Shown: positions 33,985 to 43,914, numbered from the stretch's first letter. The stretch: DNA of 64,000 nt from an uncultured Candidatus Izemoplasmatales bacterium (GCA_964581705.1 CAZOPM010000002.1:1687-65686), one strand, 5' to 3'. The notes: generated from the sequence alone by a model not told the origin. Numbers and translations: made by a program.

Positions 33985-36288
33985 TTAATCATTGCGCAGC
34001 GCGTTGATGGGTGGGCGTTTTGCGGCGTTCTTTGAAGGAATGAATCCCGCTATGACGCTGATGAGTGCGCTTAGCGCTACTAGCAGAAGAATCGCCCACC
34101 ATGGCACCCGCGGAACTTCTGTGATTTCGGGGATGAGCCACCCTACGCCCATGCGGAGGACAATAGAAAGAAGTACTGCGCTCAATACGCCTATGATTCC
34201 ACTGAAAAGTCCGATCATCAGTGTTTCCATTCTGAAGAGGCGCTCGATATCGTTACGTGTGGCACCAAGGGCACGAAGAATGCCGATCTCACGCGAACGT
34301 TCATTGACCGATGTCTGTATGATGATGCCGTTCATCAATGCGTAGACGACCAGTGAGATTGCCGCGATGGCGACCAATCCCACACTCACCAGCCGGATCA
34401 ATACCCGTGAAATATTGGTGAAAACACTGGCTAAATCGGTATAGATGATGGCATCGTCGGTGTCGCGTCCCTCATTATATGCATCGAGATGGTCGATGAT
34501 CTGGGATTTTTCTTCGACGCCGCTTGGAAATATCCGGATGCTGTTTGGGACGGTAGTGCTGCCTAGGCTGCGCAATTTGATCGCCCGCTCCTCAACACTG
34601 AGTGTGCGCCCGCTCAACACCGAAGTGTCCCTGTCGTATTGGGCCGCTACCACATCGCTGTGGCGTGCATCAGATATAAATGCCTCCTCAAGGTCGGGAT
34701 GGAACTTCAAACCAAGTGATAAAAAGTCGTTCATTGTATCTTCTCGTGCTTTGGCCACACCAACCACGCGGAAATTGAATGCATCATCGCTTTGATATAG
34801 TGCTTCAATATCATCAGTGACTTCGAAAAGGTCGGTGGAGGGTGTGTAGGTGTAGTAATCATCGATTCTTGGGACGCTGTAGCGTAGATTCAAAAACGCA
34901 TCCATTTCCAAAATAGTCGAATCATCCTCAACGCCCAGCGCATCGAGGGTCTCACCGGGGAGTCTGTTAAGCGCATCGACGATCACGATGGCTTCATGCT
35001 TATTCTCGGGTGCGCGCCCGCCGATCATTGTGTAGTGGTCATTGAAAAAGTCAGTGTTGCGGGTGGTCGTTTCAAAGCCGAGGGTTTCAGTATCAAGCGT
35101 TTGCCCTTCCCCTGAGTGTTCACCTATTAATGGCATCCGCACGCGTCTGCGCACCATGATGCTTTCAACCCATGCATCCTCTATCGCATCGAGGTGAGCC
35201 ATGTAGCTAAGAGAAATCTGATTGGTGTGGTGTGCGGGAATGATTGCATGGTCATCGTAGCGATACACCCTGCCTTCTTGGGGGATGTGGCGCCACGGGT
35301 CGCCGGGGACAATCCCAAATTGCCCCTCGAGTGTGTTATCCGCGGTGGTGGGGGAAGGGTCGATGCGCAGGGGAAGACGCGCCAGGGTAGGCTCAAGTGT
35401 GTCAATCTGGGTGGTGAGACCGCTTGTGAAGCCGATGACAAGGGCGACGCTTAGAATGCCGATTGCCCCTGCAAGGGCACTTAGGAATGTTTTGAAACGC
35501 TGTTCGACAATGTTGCCTTTGGCCAAGGAAAAGACGTGGCGAAAGGGCATGCGGGTTTTGGGGAAATGGATGCGTGTAAAGCGTTTCCCATACGTATGGG
35601 ACGCATTGAGCGGTGCGGAATCCTCACCGATTGTTCCGTTGTTCAGGTGAATATGACGTTGCGCGTGCAAAGCTGCGAGCGCCTGGTCGTGGGTGACCAT
35701 GATGAGTAGGCGGTGGCGGGCGATGCGCCCAAAAATCTCCATGATCTCCAACGCGCTGTCGCTGTCAAGTGCGCCGGTGGGCTCATCGGCGAGTATGATC
35801 GAAGGGTTATTGATAAGCGCGCGGGCGATGGCAACTTTTTGCATCTGTCCGCTTGAAAGCGTGTTAATGGGGGAGAGGGCGTACTCGAGCATGCCGACGT
35901 TAAGAAGCGCGTCCGTTGCCTTTTGCATGGTTGTAGCGCTTGATTCTTCGGAAAAACTCGCACCCAAAGCGACATTGTCGATGACATTGAGGTGGGTGAT
36001 CAGGTGGTAGTTTTGAAAGACAAACCCAATGGTGTGATTTCTGTAGCGGTCCCAGTGTTCACTCTTGAAATGCTCAGTGGAGCGTCCATTGATTAAAATG
36101 GAGCCCCCACTCAGTGTGTCAAGCCCGCCGATTACATTGAGCAGTGTTGTTTTCCCGGCCCCTGAAGGGCCCATAATCGCAACGAATTGTGCGGTGGGGA
36201 AATCAATTGAAATTGATTTCAAGACCTCGCGTCGTTCATTGTTGAGTGTGTAGTGTTTTTTTACCTGGTTGAGACTAAGCATGACCAT
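33985..36288 (-). CDS. fused ABC ATPase / FtsX-type permease (MacB-like exporter)
   Basis: N-terminal Walker A GPSGAGKTT, LSSGQMQK and ILADEPTGALD. A large extracytoplasmic domain is followed by a C-terminal FtsX 3-TM bundle. Confidence 0.85.
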   Translation of the reverse strand: MVMLSLNQVKKHYTLNNERREVLKSISIDFPTAQFVAIMGPSGAGKTTLLNVIGGLDTLSGGSILINGRSTEHFKSEHWDRYRNHTIGFVFQNYHLITHLNVIDNVALGASFSEESSATTMQKATDALLNVGMLEYALSPINTLSSGQMQKVAIARALINNPSIILADEPTGALDSDSALEIMEIFGRIARHRLLIMVTHDQALAALHAQRHIHLNNGTIGEDSAPLNASHTYGKRFTRIHFPKTRMPFRHVFSLAKGNIVEQRFKTFLSALAGAIGILSVALVIGFTSGLTTQIDTLEPTLARLPLRIDPSPTTADNTLEGQFGIVPGDPWRHIPQEGRVYRYDDHAIIPAHHTNQISLSYMAHLDAIEDAWVESIMVRRRVRMPLIGEHSGEGQTLDTETLGFETTTRNTDFFNDHYTMIGGRAPENKHEAIVIVDALNRLPGETLDALGVEDDSTILEMDAFLNLRYSVPRIDDYYTYTPSTDLFEVTDDIEALYQSDDAFNFRVVGVAKAREDTMNDFLSLGLKFHPDLEEAFISDARHSDVVAAQYDRDTSVLSGRTLSVEERAIKLRSLGSTTVPNSIRIFPSGVEEKSQIIDHLDAYNEGRDTDDAIIYTDLASVFTNISRVLIRLVSVGLVAIAAISLVVYALMNGIIIQTSVNERSREIGILRALGATRNDIERLFRMETLMIGLFSGIIGVLSAVLLSIVLRMGVGWLIPEITEVPRVPWWAILLLVALSALISVIAGFIPSKNAAKRPPINALRND

Positions 36289-36424
36289 CCCTCCCCTTTA
36301 CATTTATTATACCAAACCTCTCAATTTTTAACACCACAGTATGCATACGCATACGTTCCCTGCATATTGTCGGGTGCATTTTCCGCAAGCTGCATGCTAT
36401 AATGGTCAGGTGAGGTGATTCGCA

Positions 36425-37039
36425 ATGGATGAATACACACGCATGAAAAAGGGTGAACTCTATACACCCAATGATTCACGGCTCAATGATTTACATGAAA
36501 AAAGCCGTATATTGCAGCATCGTTTCAACGCAGCGGACCCCCTGGCGTATGACATACGCCGTCAAGCCCTTGAAGCGCTTTTAGCTGCGTTTCCTAAAAG
36601 TGCCGTCATCGAACCGCCCTTCAAATGCGACTATGGTGAAAACATCACCATCGGCGAGCATGTGTATATCAACACCGGCTGTGTGTTTTTGGATGTCAAT
36701 GCCATTACAATCGGTTCGCATGTGTTAATCGGACCGTCTGTTCAGCTTTATACAGCCGCGCATCCGGTTGACAAGATGGTGCGTAGAACCTATGAGTACG
36801 CCCTGCCCATCACCATCGGCAATGATGTGTGGATCGGCGGGGGTGCGATTGTCAACCCGGGTATCACCATCGGCGATGATGTCATCATCGGCAGTGGTGC
36901 TGTTGTAACGAAAGACGTCCCCAGTGGTGTGATTGTGGGGGGCAATCCTGCACGGGTGATTCGCAGCATCACCGATGCTGATAAAGCTTACTGGCAACGC
37001 CTCAGTGAAGCACGCCCCTTGCCCGCAAGCAAAAAATAA
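36425..37039 (+). CDS. maltose/galactoside O-acetyltransferase family (hexapeptide repeat)
   Basis: Mac N-terminal domain (MKKGELYTPND) plus left-handed beta-helix repeats and the VIVGGNPARVIR motif. Confidence 0.85.
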   Translation: MDEYTRMKKGELYTPNDSRLNDLHEKSRILQHRFNAADPLAYDIRRQALEALLAAFPKSAVIEPPFKCDYGENITIGEHVYINTGCVFLDVNAITIGSHVLIGPSVQLYTAAHPVDKMVRRTYEYALPITIGNDVWIGGGAIVNPGITIGDDVIIGSGAVVTKDVPSGVIVGGNPARVIRSITDADKAYWQRLSEARPLPASKK

Positions 37040-37074
37040 AAACCGCGCACAATCGTGCACGCGGTTTTTAGCGG

Positions 37075-38115
37075 TTAGTTCATTTCGTGAATTTTTTTAC
37101 GGACACGCGGGACGATTTCTCGCGCATACAGCCGCAACATGTGCTTGACCGTGTCAAAATCGACGCCGCCGAAATCCAGTTGCGCCAAAAACCGAGTGTG
37201 TCCGAAAAGTGTGTATTGGTGCATCAGTTTCTTCACAATCAGATCGACACTTCCAACCATGAGCGTGTCGTGATAATTGCGCGCCCGCTCAAAGACTTTG
37301 GAGGGAAACCCACGTCCATTGATTGCCATGAGTCCATTGTTAAAGGGCTGAATCGCCTCATAGATGGCTTGTTCGGTGGTCGTGCCGATATACATGAGCG
37401 ATGTGGTTGCGAGCTTGAGTGGTGCCTCGGCGAACCCATGGGTTTTTAGGCCCTCTTTGTACACATCGATGGTTTCTTTGAAGGCTTCGGCTGGGCCTGC
37501 GAGTGTTGCCATGGCCATGGGGGACCCCACTTTCGCCGCCTTTTGTGCACTGGGCGGTCGCCCGCCGACTGCACGCCAAATTGTGAGGCTTTCCTGGTAG
37601 GGTCTGGGGCGGACTGCGACATTGTTTAGGGGTGCGCGATGCGCGCCCGACCATGTGATTGTCGCTGAGGCGTTTAGCTGATTTAACAGATCGAATTTTT
37701 CCTCGAACAGCGTATCATAATCATCAAGGCTGTATCCGAGCACATCAAAGTTCCCGGTGCGCGAGCCTCTCCCAGCAATAATTTCAATGCGACCCTTCGA
37801 TATCAAATCAAGCGTCGCAAAATCCTCGAACACACGCACGGGGTCGAGGGTGGAGAGTACTGTGGAGCCACTGGTTAACGTGATTGTCTTTGTTGCATGG
37901 GCGATGGCACCCAGGATTGTTGTGTGTGCCTGGGAGGTGAATTGTTCCTGGTGGCTCTCACCAAGGGCAAAGACATCAAGCCCTTCGCTTTCTGCGAGCT
38001 TGGCGAGTTCTATGATCTCCTCGATGCGCTGATGCGCTGGGATACGCTCTTTAGTATAGGGGTTTTTAAGATGGTCGCCCAATGTATAGACGCCAAATTC
38101 AAATGGTTTATTCAT
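37075..38115 (-). CDS. LLM-class (luciferase-like) flavin-dependent oxidoreductase
   Basis: Typical LLM N-terminus FEFGVYTLGD... GGTGAGGA SD lies 8 nt before ATG 38115, with TATAAT upstream. The track start 38190 is rejected. Confidence 0.8.
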   Translation of the reverse strand: MNKPFEFGVYTLGDHLKNPYTKERIPAHQRIEEIIELAKLAESEGLDVFALGESHQEQFTSQAHTTILGAIAHATKTITLTSGSTVLSTLDPVRVFEDFATLDLISKGRIEIIAGRGSRTGNFDVLGYSLDDYDTLFEEKFDLLNQLNASATITWSGAHRAPLNNVAVRPRPYQESLTIWRAVGGRPPSAQKAAKVGSPMAMATLAGPAEAFKETIDVYKEGLKTHGFAEAPLKLATTSLMYIGTTTEQAIYEAIQPFNNGLMAINGRGFPSKVFERARNYHDTLMVGSVDLIVKKLMHQYTLFGHTRFLAQLDFGGVDFDTVKHMLRLYAREIVPRVRKKIHEMN

Positions 38116-38215
38116 GGTATCAATCCTCACCATTATTATACGCCTGCACAATAAAACCACCAAAGAATATACATTGTATAAACACACCATAACAAACTTG
38201 TGAAAGGATGATTAG

Positions 38216-39022
38216 ATGGAAACAATGAAAGTCGGCGATGTTACCCTCGCCTATGAGTATTACACGCACTTTGAGTCCAAAGGGACGATTGTGTTCTTAA
38301 ATGGAGTGATGGCGTCATACTCAAGCTGGAAACCCTACACCGATTATTATTATAACCGAGGCTACAATGTGCTCGTGCATGATTTCAGGGGCCAGCTGAT
38401 GAGTGAGAAGCCCAACGGCCCTTACTCATTCAAAGTGCACAGTGAGGACACCTTCGCCCTTATGGACGCACTGGATATCACCAATGCGCATTTGATCGGA
38501 ACGTCTTATGGCGGAGAAGTCGCGATGAAAATGGCGATCTTGGACGGTGCACGCATCAACAGCATGATCATCATCAACGCTGTAAGTGAACTCGACGAGA
38601 CCCTTACCTACAAAGTCAGACAGTGGAAGACCCTGGCGCAGTCCCACGATGCCGTGACGTTTATGGAAGGCATGATGGGGGATATCTACTCCCAGTGGTT
38701 CATCGAGGAAAACCGCGCGATGATCAACAAGCGCATTGAAGCTATGCAGACCCTTGATTCAAGCTATTTTGAAGGACAGATCGTCCTTTATGACACTTTC
38801 CTCAATGACGTGACCATGACCCAGGAACTCAAAGGCGTCACAATACCCACGCTCGTCGTAAGCAGCGAGCATGACACCCTCAAACCCTATAAATTCTCCC
38901 AGATCATTCACCACGCCCTGCAGGAAAGTGAACACGTCATGATTCCTGGGTGTGCGCATGTGACGATTTTCGAAGCACCCAAAACACTTATGAGTGTGAT
39001 GACGGGATTCCTTGAAAAATAA
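38216..39022 (+). CDS. alpha/beta-fold hydrolase
   Basis: GTSYGG nucleophile elbow and a C-terminal GCAH His motif. Confidence 0.8.
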   Translation: METMKVGDVTLAYEYYTHFESKGTIVFLNGVMASYSSWKPYTDYYYNRGYNVLVHDFRGQLMSEKPNGPYSFKVHSEDTFALMDALDITNAHLIGTSYGGEVAMKMAILDGARINSMIIINAVSELDETLTYKVRQWKTLAQSHDAVTFMEGMMGDIYSQWFIEENRAMINKRIEAMQTLDSSYFEGQIVLYDTFLNDVTMTQELKGVTIPTLVVSSEHDTLKPYKFSQIIHHALQESEHVMIPGCAHVTIFEAPKTLMSVMTGFLEK

Positions 39023-39133
39023 AATTTCCATCCTGCGTGTGAACATATTTACATCATGCAATGGCTTGCACTTTCCCACGCAGTATGCTACATTTAAATG
39101 TTAAAATCCCCAAAAAAATAAAAAGGTGATAAC

Positions 39134-40231
39134 ATGAAAAAACTACTAATGATGATTGTCGTGCTCGGCGGTGTATTCACCCTAGGCGCGTGTGACATGG
39201 TTGATTCAACCGAAGAACTGCCCGATGTGCGCACATGGCACATCGATGAAGCGCGCGAGGAACTCCAGGATCTGGGGTTTGAGTTGTATGTCATTGGCAT
39301 ATATAACCACAGTTACGGCCAACCCGACCTCGTGGTCAACTACCAGGATTATGAACCCGGTGATGAAGTGGAAACCGGCACAGTGCTGAGTATTTTAATC
39401 AGTGATTTTGAAGAGGACCCGCAGCTCGACCCCGCTCCACGCACCCCGATCGATCATGGTGGGGCCTTCATCGATGCTGAGGATGTCGCACTTTACGTGG
39501 ATACGTACGAAGAACTTCCGCAAAACTATATTTCCCGTGAAACTGCAAAGGGCGAAGGATGGACACAAGAAGACGATCTGCATGAGTATTTTGATGATGA
39601 TGCCATCATCGGTGGTGATGAGTGGGATGAAGCTGACGCATATGACGACATTCCTCACGAGGACCGCACGTTCTATCAAGCCTGGGTCAATTATGAAGGT
39701 GGCATCATTGATTCGCCTGAAGCCTTCCTCTTATATAGTGATGATGGCCTGATTTACTCCACAGACGATAACTTTGAGACCTTCACGCAGCACTTCGGAA
39801 ACGAAGACCATCCACCCCTGGACCCCGATGAGCGCTATACAGACTTGGAGGATGTCATGCTTTATATCCGTACGTTTGGCAAGCTCCCCGTCAATTATGT
39901 CATTCGTTATGAAGAGCACGTAAGCAATTATCAGTCCCTTTATGGATATACCCCCGATTATGCCGAGGATTATGATTTCCCTCGCAGTGTTGGTGATATG
40001 CGCGACGAACACGGAGAAGATGCGTATTTCGGGTATTGGACCTTCTCAAATTATGCAGGACAGATGCCTGATACATCGCAATTTTACATGGCGGATATCA
40101 ACATTGCCTACCCAAGTACCTCACGCGGAAACTCCCGCATTGTTTTCTCCCCTGAGGAAAAAATCGCCTACTACACGCCTGATCATTACAATACTTTCGA
40201 GTTATGGTATGGCGATGCACGCGAAGACTAA
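39134..40231 (+). CDS. lipoprotein with a PASTA-like domain and two barnase-fold (microbial RNase-like) domains, probably non-catalytic
   Basis: Lipobox LGAC. Two copies of the barnase pattern: V..Y..T/F..LP.NY(I/V) in both, GGD only in copy 1, and Y.T.D.(Y/F).TF. Copy 2 keeps RGNSR and DHY but has Met where barnase Glu73 sits. Copy 1 lacks Glu, both Arg residues and His. Confidence 0.6.
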   Translation: MKKLLMMIVVLGGVFTLGACDMVDSTEELPDVRTWHIDEAREELQDLGFELYVIGIYNHSYGQPDLVVNYQDYEPGDEVETGTVLSILISDFEEDPQLDPAPRTPIDHGGAFIDAEDVALYVDTYEELPQNYISRETAKGEGWTQEDDLHEYFDDDAIIGGDEWDEADAYDDIPHEDRTFYQAWVNYEGGIIDSPEAFLLYSDDGLIYSTDDNFETFTQHFGNEDHPPLDPDERYTDLEDVMLYIRTFGKLPVNYVIRYEEHVSNYQSLYGYTPDYAEDYDFPRSVGDMRDEHGEDAYFGYWTFSNYAGQMPDTSQFYMADINIAYPSTSRGNSRIVFSPEEKIAYYTPDHYNTFELWYGDARED

Positions 40232-40260
40232 ACCAAAAAGGATGGCTTTTAGGCCATCCT

Positions 40261-40896
40261 TTATTTTGTAAAAATAGCGGGCGTGTCGTTGGCGGGATTC
40301 CCCACCATCGAATGCACGGGCGTTGTATGCACGCGGGCGATGGCGTGCTGCCTTGTCCATTGGTTCATATCGGATAGGCTCTCGCCTCTGAGGTAGGCTT
40401 TGGCTGCCTCCACGCTGAGCATTACGGGCATTCTTGGGTGTACACCGGCCATCGAATCGCTTGCGCCCTTGGTCAAGATCGCCACACCCGCGGGGCTATG
40501 CGCGGTGGGTTTGGAGTAAATCGCCGCAAATGCGACCACTCCTTGTTGAGGGGTGATATGATAGGGCGTTTTTCCGCGGTCCCATTCGTAAAATCCATCA
40601 CTTAGTACTAAGCATCGCCGCCGCGCGAAGCTTCGCTTGAAGGTGGGCTTTTCCTCCACTTGCTCACTGCGTGCATTGATCAGAGGCTTATGCGAAGAAT
40701 GCAGGCCCACAAAGCCCCAGGGAATCTCGCCTACGCGGTGCGTGCCATTGTGACGTATGATGGTGAGCACCATCTGCGAGGGGGCGATATTGTAGCGGGG
40801 GGTGTGGGCGATACCCGCATCATCCACACTGTAATAGGTCCTCAGATGACGCTTTAATGTCGCATCGTCCACACTGAGTGTGAAGCGTCCGCACAT
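40261..40896 (-). CDS. SOS-response-associated peptidase (SRAP/YedK family), abasic-site processing protein
   Basis: MCGRF N-terminus (catalytic Cys2), 211 aa. The start overlaps the upstream AKR stop (TAATG). Confidence 0.85.
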   Translation of the reverse strand: MCGRFTLSVDDATLKRHLRTYYSVDDAGIAHTPRYNIAPSQMVLTIIRHNGTHRVGEIPWGFVGLHSSHKPLINARSEQVEEKPTFKRSFARRRCLVLSDGFYEWDRGKTPYHITPQQGVVAFAAIYSKPTAHSPAGVAILTKGASDSMAGVHPRMPVMLSVEAAKAYLRGESLSDMNQWTRQHAIARVHTTPVHSMVGNPANDTPAIFTK

Positions 40897-41705
40897 TATA
40901 AGAACCTCAGGGAATCAAGCCTGCGCATCTGCGCGTCACTCAGGGTGAAATCAATGGTGCCATTGGCACGGATGTTGTGCTTTTTAGAACTTCTGGGCAG
41001 GACGACCATCCCCTTTTGAAGCAAATAGCCTACTGCGATTTGCGCGGGATGCACGCCATATTCATCCGCAATGGATCTAAGGGTATCATCATCAAAAAAC
41101 ACGCCGCGTCCCAGGGGACTGTAGGCTTCGATTTGAATGCTGTGCGCGTCGCAAAACGCTTCAGTTTCATCCTGGGGAAAACCAATGTGACGCTTGATTT
41201 GATTGACATGTGGAACCATTGAGGTGTGCTCGATGAGATGCGATAAATCATTGCGGTCAAAATTCGATACGCCGATGGCGCGCACAAGGCCGTCTTCATA
41301 AAGTTTTTCAAATGCCTTGAAGACCTCGACGTTGCCTGAGGCGTGATCCGAACCGATATCATCGAACGCCCAGGGCGCATGAATCAGATATAAGTCGACA
41401 TACTCAAGGTTTAGTCGCCTCAGTGAATCGTGAAACGCCGCTATCGTCTCCTCATGCGTCTTGATGCGTGAATCAACCTTGGTGGTCACAAAAAGTTTAT
41501 CGCGCGCAACGCCGCAGTCCTTGATCGCGCGACCTACGTCGGCTTCATTGCCGTAAGTCTGCGCCGTATCGATATGGCGATATCCTGCGTCAATCGCATG
41601 ACGCACCGCCCAATAGGCATCATCGCCCTTAAGGGGCGCGGTGCCGAATCCGATTTTCGGAATTTTTACGCCGTTTGAAAGCGTATAGTATTGATTGAGT
41701 GTCAT
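40896..41705 (-). CDS. aldo/keto reductase
   Basis: GFGT...YRHIDTAQTYGNE...VDLYLIHAP...IGVSNF. AAGGAGGG SD lies 6 nt before ATG 41705. Confidence 0.9.
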   Translation of the reverse strand: MTLNQYYTLSNGVKIPKIGFGTAPLKGDDAYWAVRHAIDAGYRHIDTAQTYGNEADVGRAIKDCGVARDKLFVTTKVDSRIKTHEETIAAFHDSLRRLNLEYVDLYLIHAPWAFDDIGSDHASGNVEVFKAFEKLYEDGLVRAIGVSNFDRNDLSHLIEHTSMVPHVNQIKRHIGFPQDETEAFCDAHSIQIEAYSPLGRGVFFDDDTLRSIADEYGVHPAQIAVGYLLQKGMVVLPRSSKKHNIRANGTIDFTLSDAQMRRLDSLRFL

Positions 41706-41834
41706 TGCTATCCCTCCTTGTCCATAGTGTATCACATGCACGCGTAGGCATGATATGCAAAATACTTGTTGGAGTGAGGGATAGACGCTATAATGAATGT
41801 AATTACATATTAATAAATTGCCAGAGACCCAGAG

Positions 41835-41870
41835 CGCAAAAACAAACCAATTTGTTTTTGCGTGTTTTTT
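41835..41870 (+). terminator. intrinsic terminator inside the 5' leader of the FAD-oxidoreductase gene (attenuator candidate)
   Basis: Perfect 12-bp stem CGCAAAAACAAA/TTTGTTTTTGCG, loop CCAA, then a T-run. It lies 24 nt upstream of ATG 41894. Confidence 0.65.
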
Positions 41871-41893
41871 ATTTATTTCGAAAGGATGATTTC

Positions 41894-43024
41894 ATGATTG
41901 ATTTTCTCATTATCGGTGGGGGCGTGGTCGGAACATTTCTTGCCCGTGAACTTTCCCACTATGAAGGCACAACCCTTCTTGTAGAAAAAGAAGATGATTT
42001 TTCCCAGATTCAAACGACTCACAACTCAGCGCTCGTGCATTCTCCCGTGGTGACGCCGCCTTCCAAAGGGGAACTCAAAAGCCGTCTTTCCCGCGAAGGC
42101 AATGCAATCTATCACGCCCTTTCTGAGAAACTCGACGTTCCCGTCAAAAAAAATGGTGCGATGATGGTCATCGATAACCACGAAGACGAAGCCGAATTGC
42201 GCAAGATGATTGATGACGCCCGCGAACGCGGCATCGAGGAGGTTGCTTATCTCTCCCGCGAGGAGGCACTGGCTATGGAACCCAATCTCAGTGATGATAT
42301 CGTAGGTGCGATGCACATGCCAACAGCGATGACTGCGGATACTTACGCACTCACAAAAGCCATTGGCGCCAATGCCTCGCGACATGGCGCTCAGTTTCAC
42401 TTCAACACAGAAGTGCTTGATATTACGCACGATGGAACGGCATTTACTATCAAGACATCAAAAGGTGAAATCTTCAAAGCGCGCTATGTTTTCAACGCCG
42501 CAGGGGTGCACAATGCTACGATTGCCTCCATGATTGAAACCTCCGTTCCCTACACCATGACCCCCAGGCGCGGTGATTACTATGTACTTGATGCATCGCA
42601 GCGCGACTTCATGGGCCATACAATCTTCCCGATGCCAAGCAAAAAAGGCAAGGGTGTACTCATTGTGCCACAACCCGATGGCACCATTCGCCTAGGCCCC
42701 ACCAGCATTCCCCAGGATTCACTCGATGACCATACCGTTCGTGAGGCGGGACTCAGGGAAATCAAGGAGAATGTCTCCACTTATGCGAAAAACATTCCCT
42801 TTGATCATGTTTTGCGCACCTATGCAGGTGTACGCTCAACCATTGACCAAAAAGACTTCTTCATCCAGCCTTCGCGCGAAGTGCCATCCTTCATTCATGT
42901 GGCCGGCATAGATTCACCGGGTGTGACCTCTGCGCCGGCGATCGCAAAATACGTCACTGAAACCATCATGCCCAAATTTGAAGTGCTTCGCAAAAAAGAC
43001 GGTGTCGATCCACTCGCGCAGTGA
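41894..43024 (+). CDS. FAD-dependent oxidoreductase (LhgO / small type-2 glycerol-3-phosphate oxidase-like)
   Basis: IIGGGVVGTFLAREL dinucleotide motif, HNSALVHS, 376 aa. The track start 41699 is rejected because it overlaps the divergent gene. Confidence 0.75.
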   Translation: MIDFLIIGGGVVGTFLARELSHYEGTTLLVEKEDDFSQIQTTHNSALVHSPVVTPPSKGELKSRLSREGNAIYHALSEKLDVPVKKNGAMMVIDNHEDEAELRKMIDDARERGIEEVAYLSREEALAMEPNLSDDIVGAMHMPTAMTADTYALTKAIGANASRHGAQFHFNTEVLDITHDGTAFTIKTSKGEIFKARYVFNAAGVHNATIASMIETSVPYTMTPRRGDYYVLDASQRDFMGHTIFPMPSKKGKGVLIVPQPDGTIRLGPTSIPQDSLDDHTVREAGLREIKENVSTYAKNIPFDHVLRTYAGVRSTIDQKDFFIQPSREVPSFIHVAGIDSPGVTSAPAIAKYVTETIMPKFEVLRKKDGVDPLAQ

Positions 43025-43089
43025 GCGGTGCACACGTGCCATCCGCGCATCAATCGTTACAATGTGCTAAGATGGAACAGGGGGATTCA

Positions 43090-43758
43090 ATGAATAAACT
43101 CCAGGAAATCAAAGAAGAATTGCGCTTGGTCTTAAAAGGCAAAACCATCGATGCGATGGTTCCGCCGATCGTTTTTGCGGTAGGGATTCAGTTTGCTCCG
43201 CTGATTTATGCACTGAGCGTTGCACTTTTTGTGGCGCTTTTGGTGAGTGTTTATCGTCTTATTAAGCGCACTACAGTCTTATATGCCATTGGTGGGTTCA
43301 TCGCAACGGGCGTCGCAGGGGCAGCGGCTTATGCTTTAGGGGAGGCAAGCGGCTATTTTCTTCCCGGGATGATCTCCAATGGAGCCATTGCATTGCTCAT
43401 CGGCCTCAGCGTCATCATCAAACGCCCTGCCGCGATGATTCTTTCACACATCACCCGGGGATGGCCCATAACGTGGTTTGCGCGCCGTGATGTCTATCCG
43501 GCGTACTGGGAAGTATCCCTTGCATGGTTCGTTTTATTTGTGGCGCGCCTGGGATTGCTTTGGACGGTGTATCTGGGCGCGAGTGACGCACTCATCGCTT
43601 TGACAAACATAATTCTAGGCTTCCCAGCAACACTGGGTGCGCTGATTGCGAGTTATTTTTACGGCATTTGGCGCCTCCGCAATCTGGGTGGCCCGGGTGT
43701 CGATGAGTTCATCAATGACACCGCCCCGCCATGGCGCGGTCAGACCCGTGGTTTTTGA
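43090..43758 (+). CDS. multi-pass membrane protein, unknown (DUF3159-like by recollection)
   Basis: 222-aa hydrophobic ORF. AGGGGGA SD precedes ATG 43090. Confidence 0.55.
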   Translation: MNKLQEIKEELRLVLKGKTIDAMVPPIVFAVGIQFAPLIYALSVALFVALLVSVYRLIKRTTVLYAIGGFIATGVAGAAAYALGEASGYFLPGMISNGAIALLIGLSVIIKRPAAMILSHITRGWPITWFARRDVYPAYWEVSLAWFVLFVARLGLLWTVYLGASDALIALTNIILGFPATLGALIASYFYGIWRLRNLGGPGVDEFINDTAPPWRGQTRGF

Positions 43759-43795
43759 ATGAAAACCCTTTAGTGAAAAAAAGTGCGCATTGACC

Positions 43796-43824
43796 TTGCA
43801 CGCTCATACACTCAGTGATACTAT
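43796..43824 (+). promoter_or_regulatory. his operon promoter
   Basis: TTGCAC (43796-43801), 17-nt spacer, extended -10 TGaTACTAT (43816-43824). Confidence 0.55.
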
Positions 43825-43854
43825 CAAAGTAACACATCTCAGGAGGCGTTCATC

Positions 43855-43914
43855 ATGAGCCTGATTTCATTAACGATTCTTACACACGCACATCATTATC
43901 ATCACCGACATTAG
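43855..43914 (+). CDS. hisL: his operon leader peptide (19 aa, 6 His in the last 9 codons)
   Basis: AGGAGG SD lies 8 nt upstream. Peptide MSLISLTILTHAHHYHHRH. The His-codon stretch is complementary to 43962-43975, and a terminator follows. Confidence 0.7.
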   Translation: MSLISLTILTHAHHYHHRH

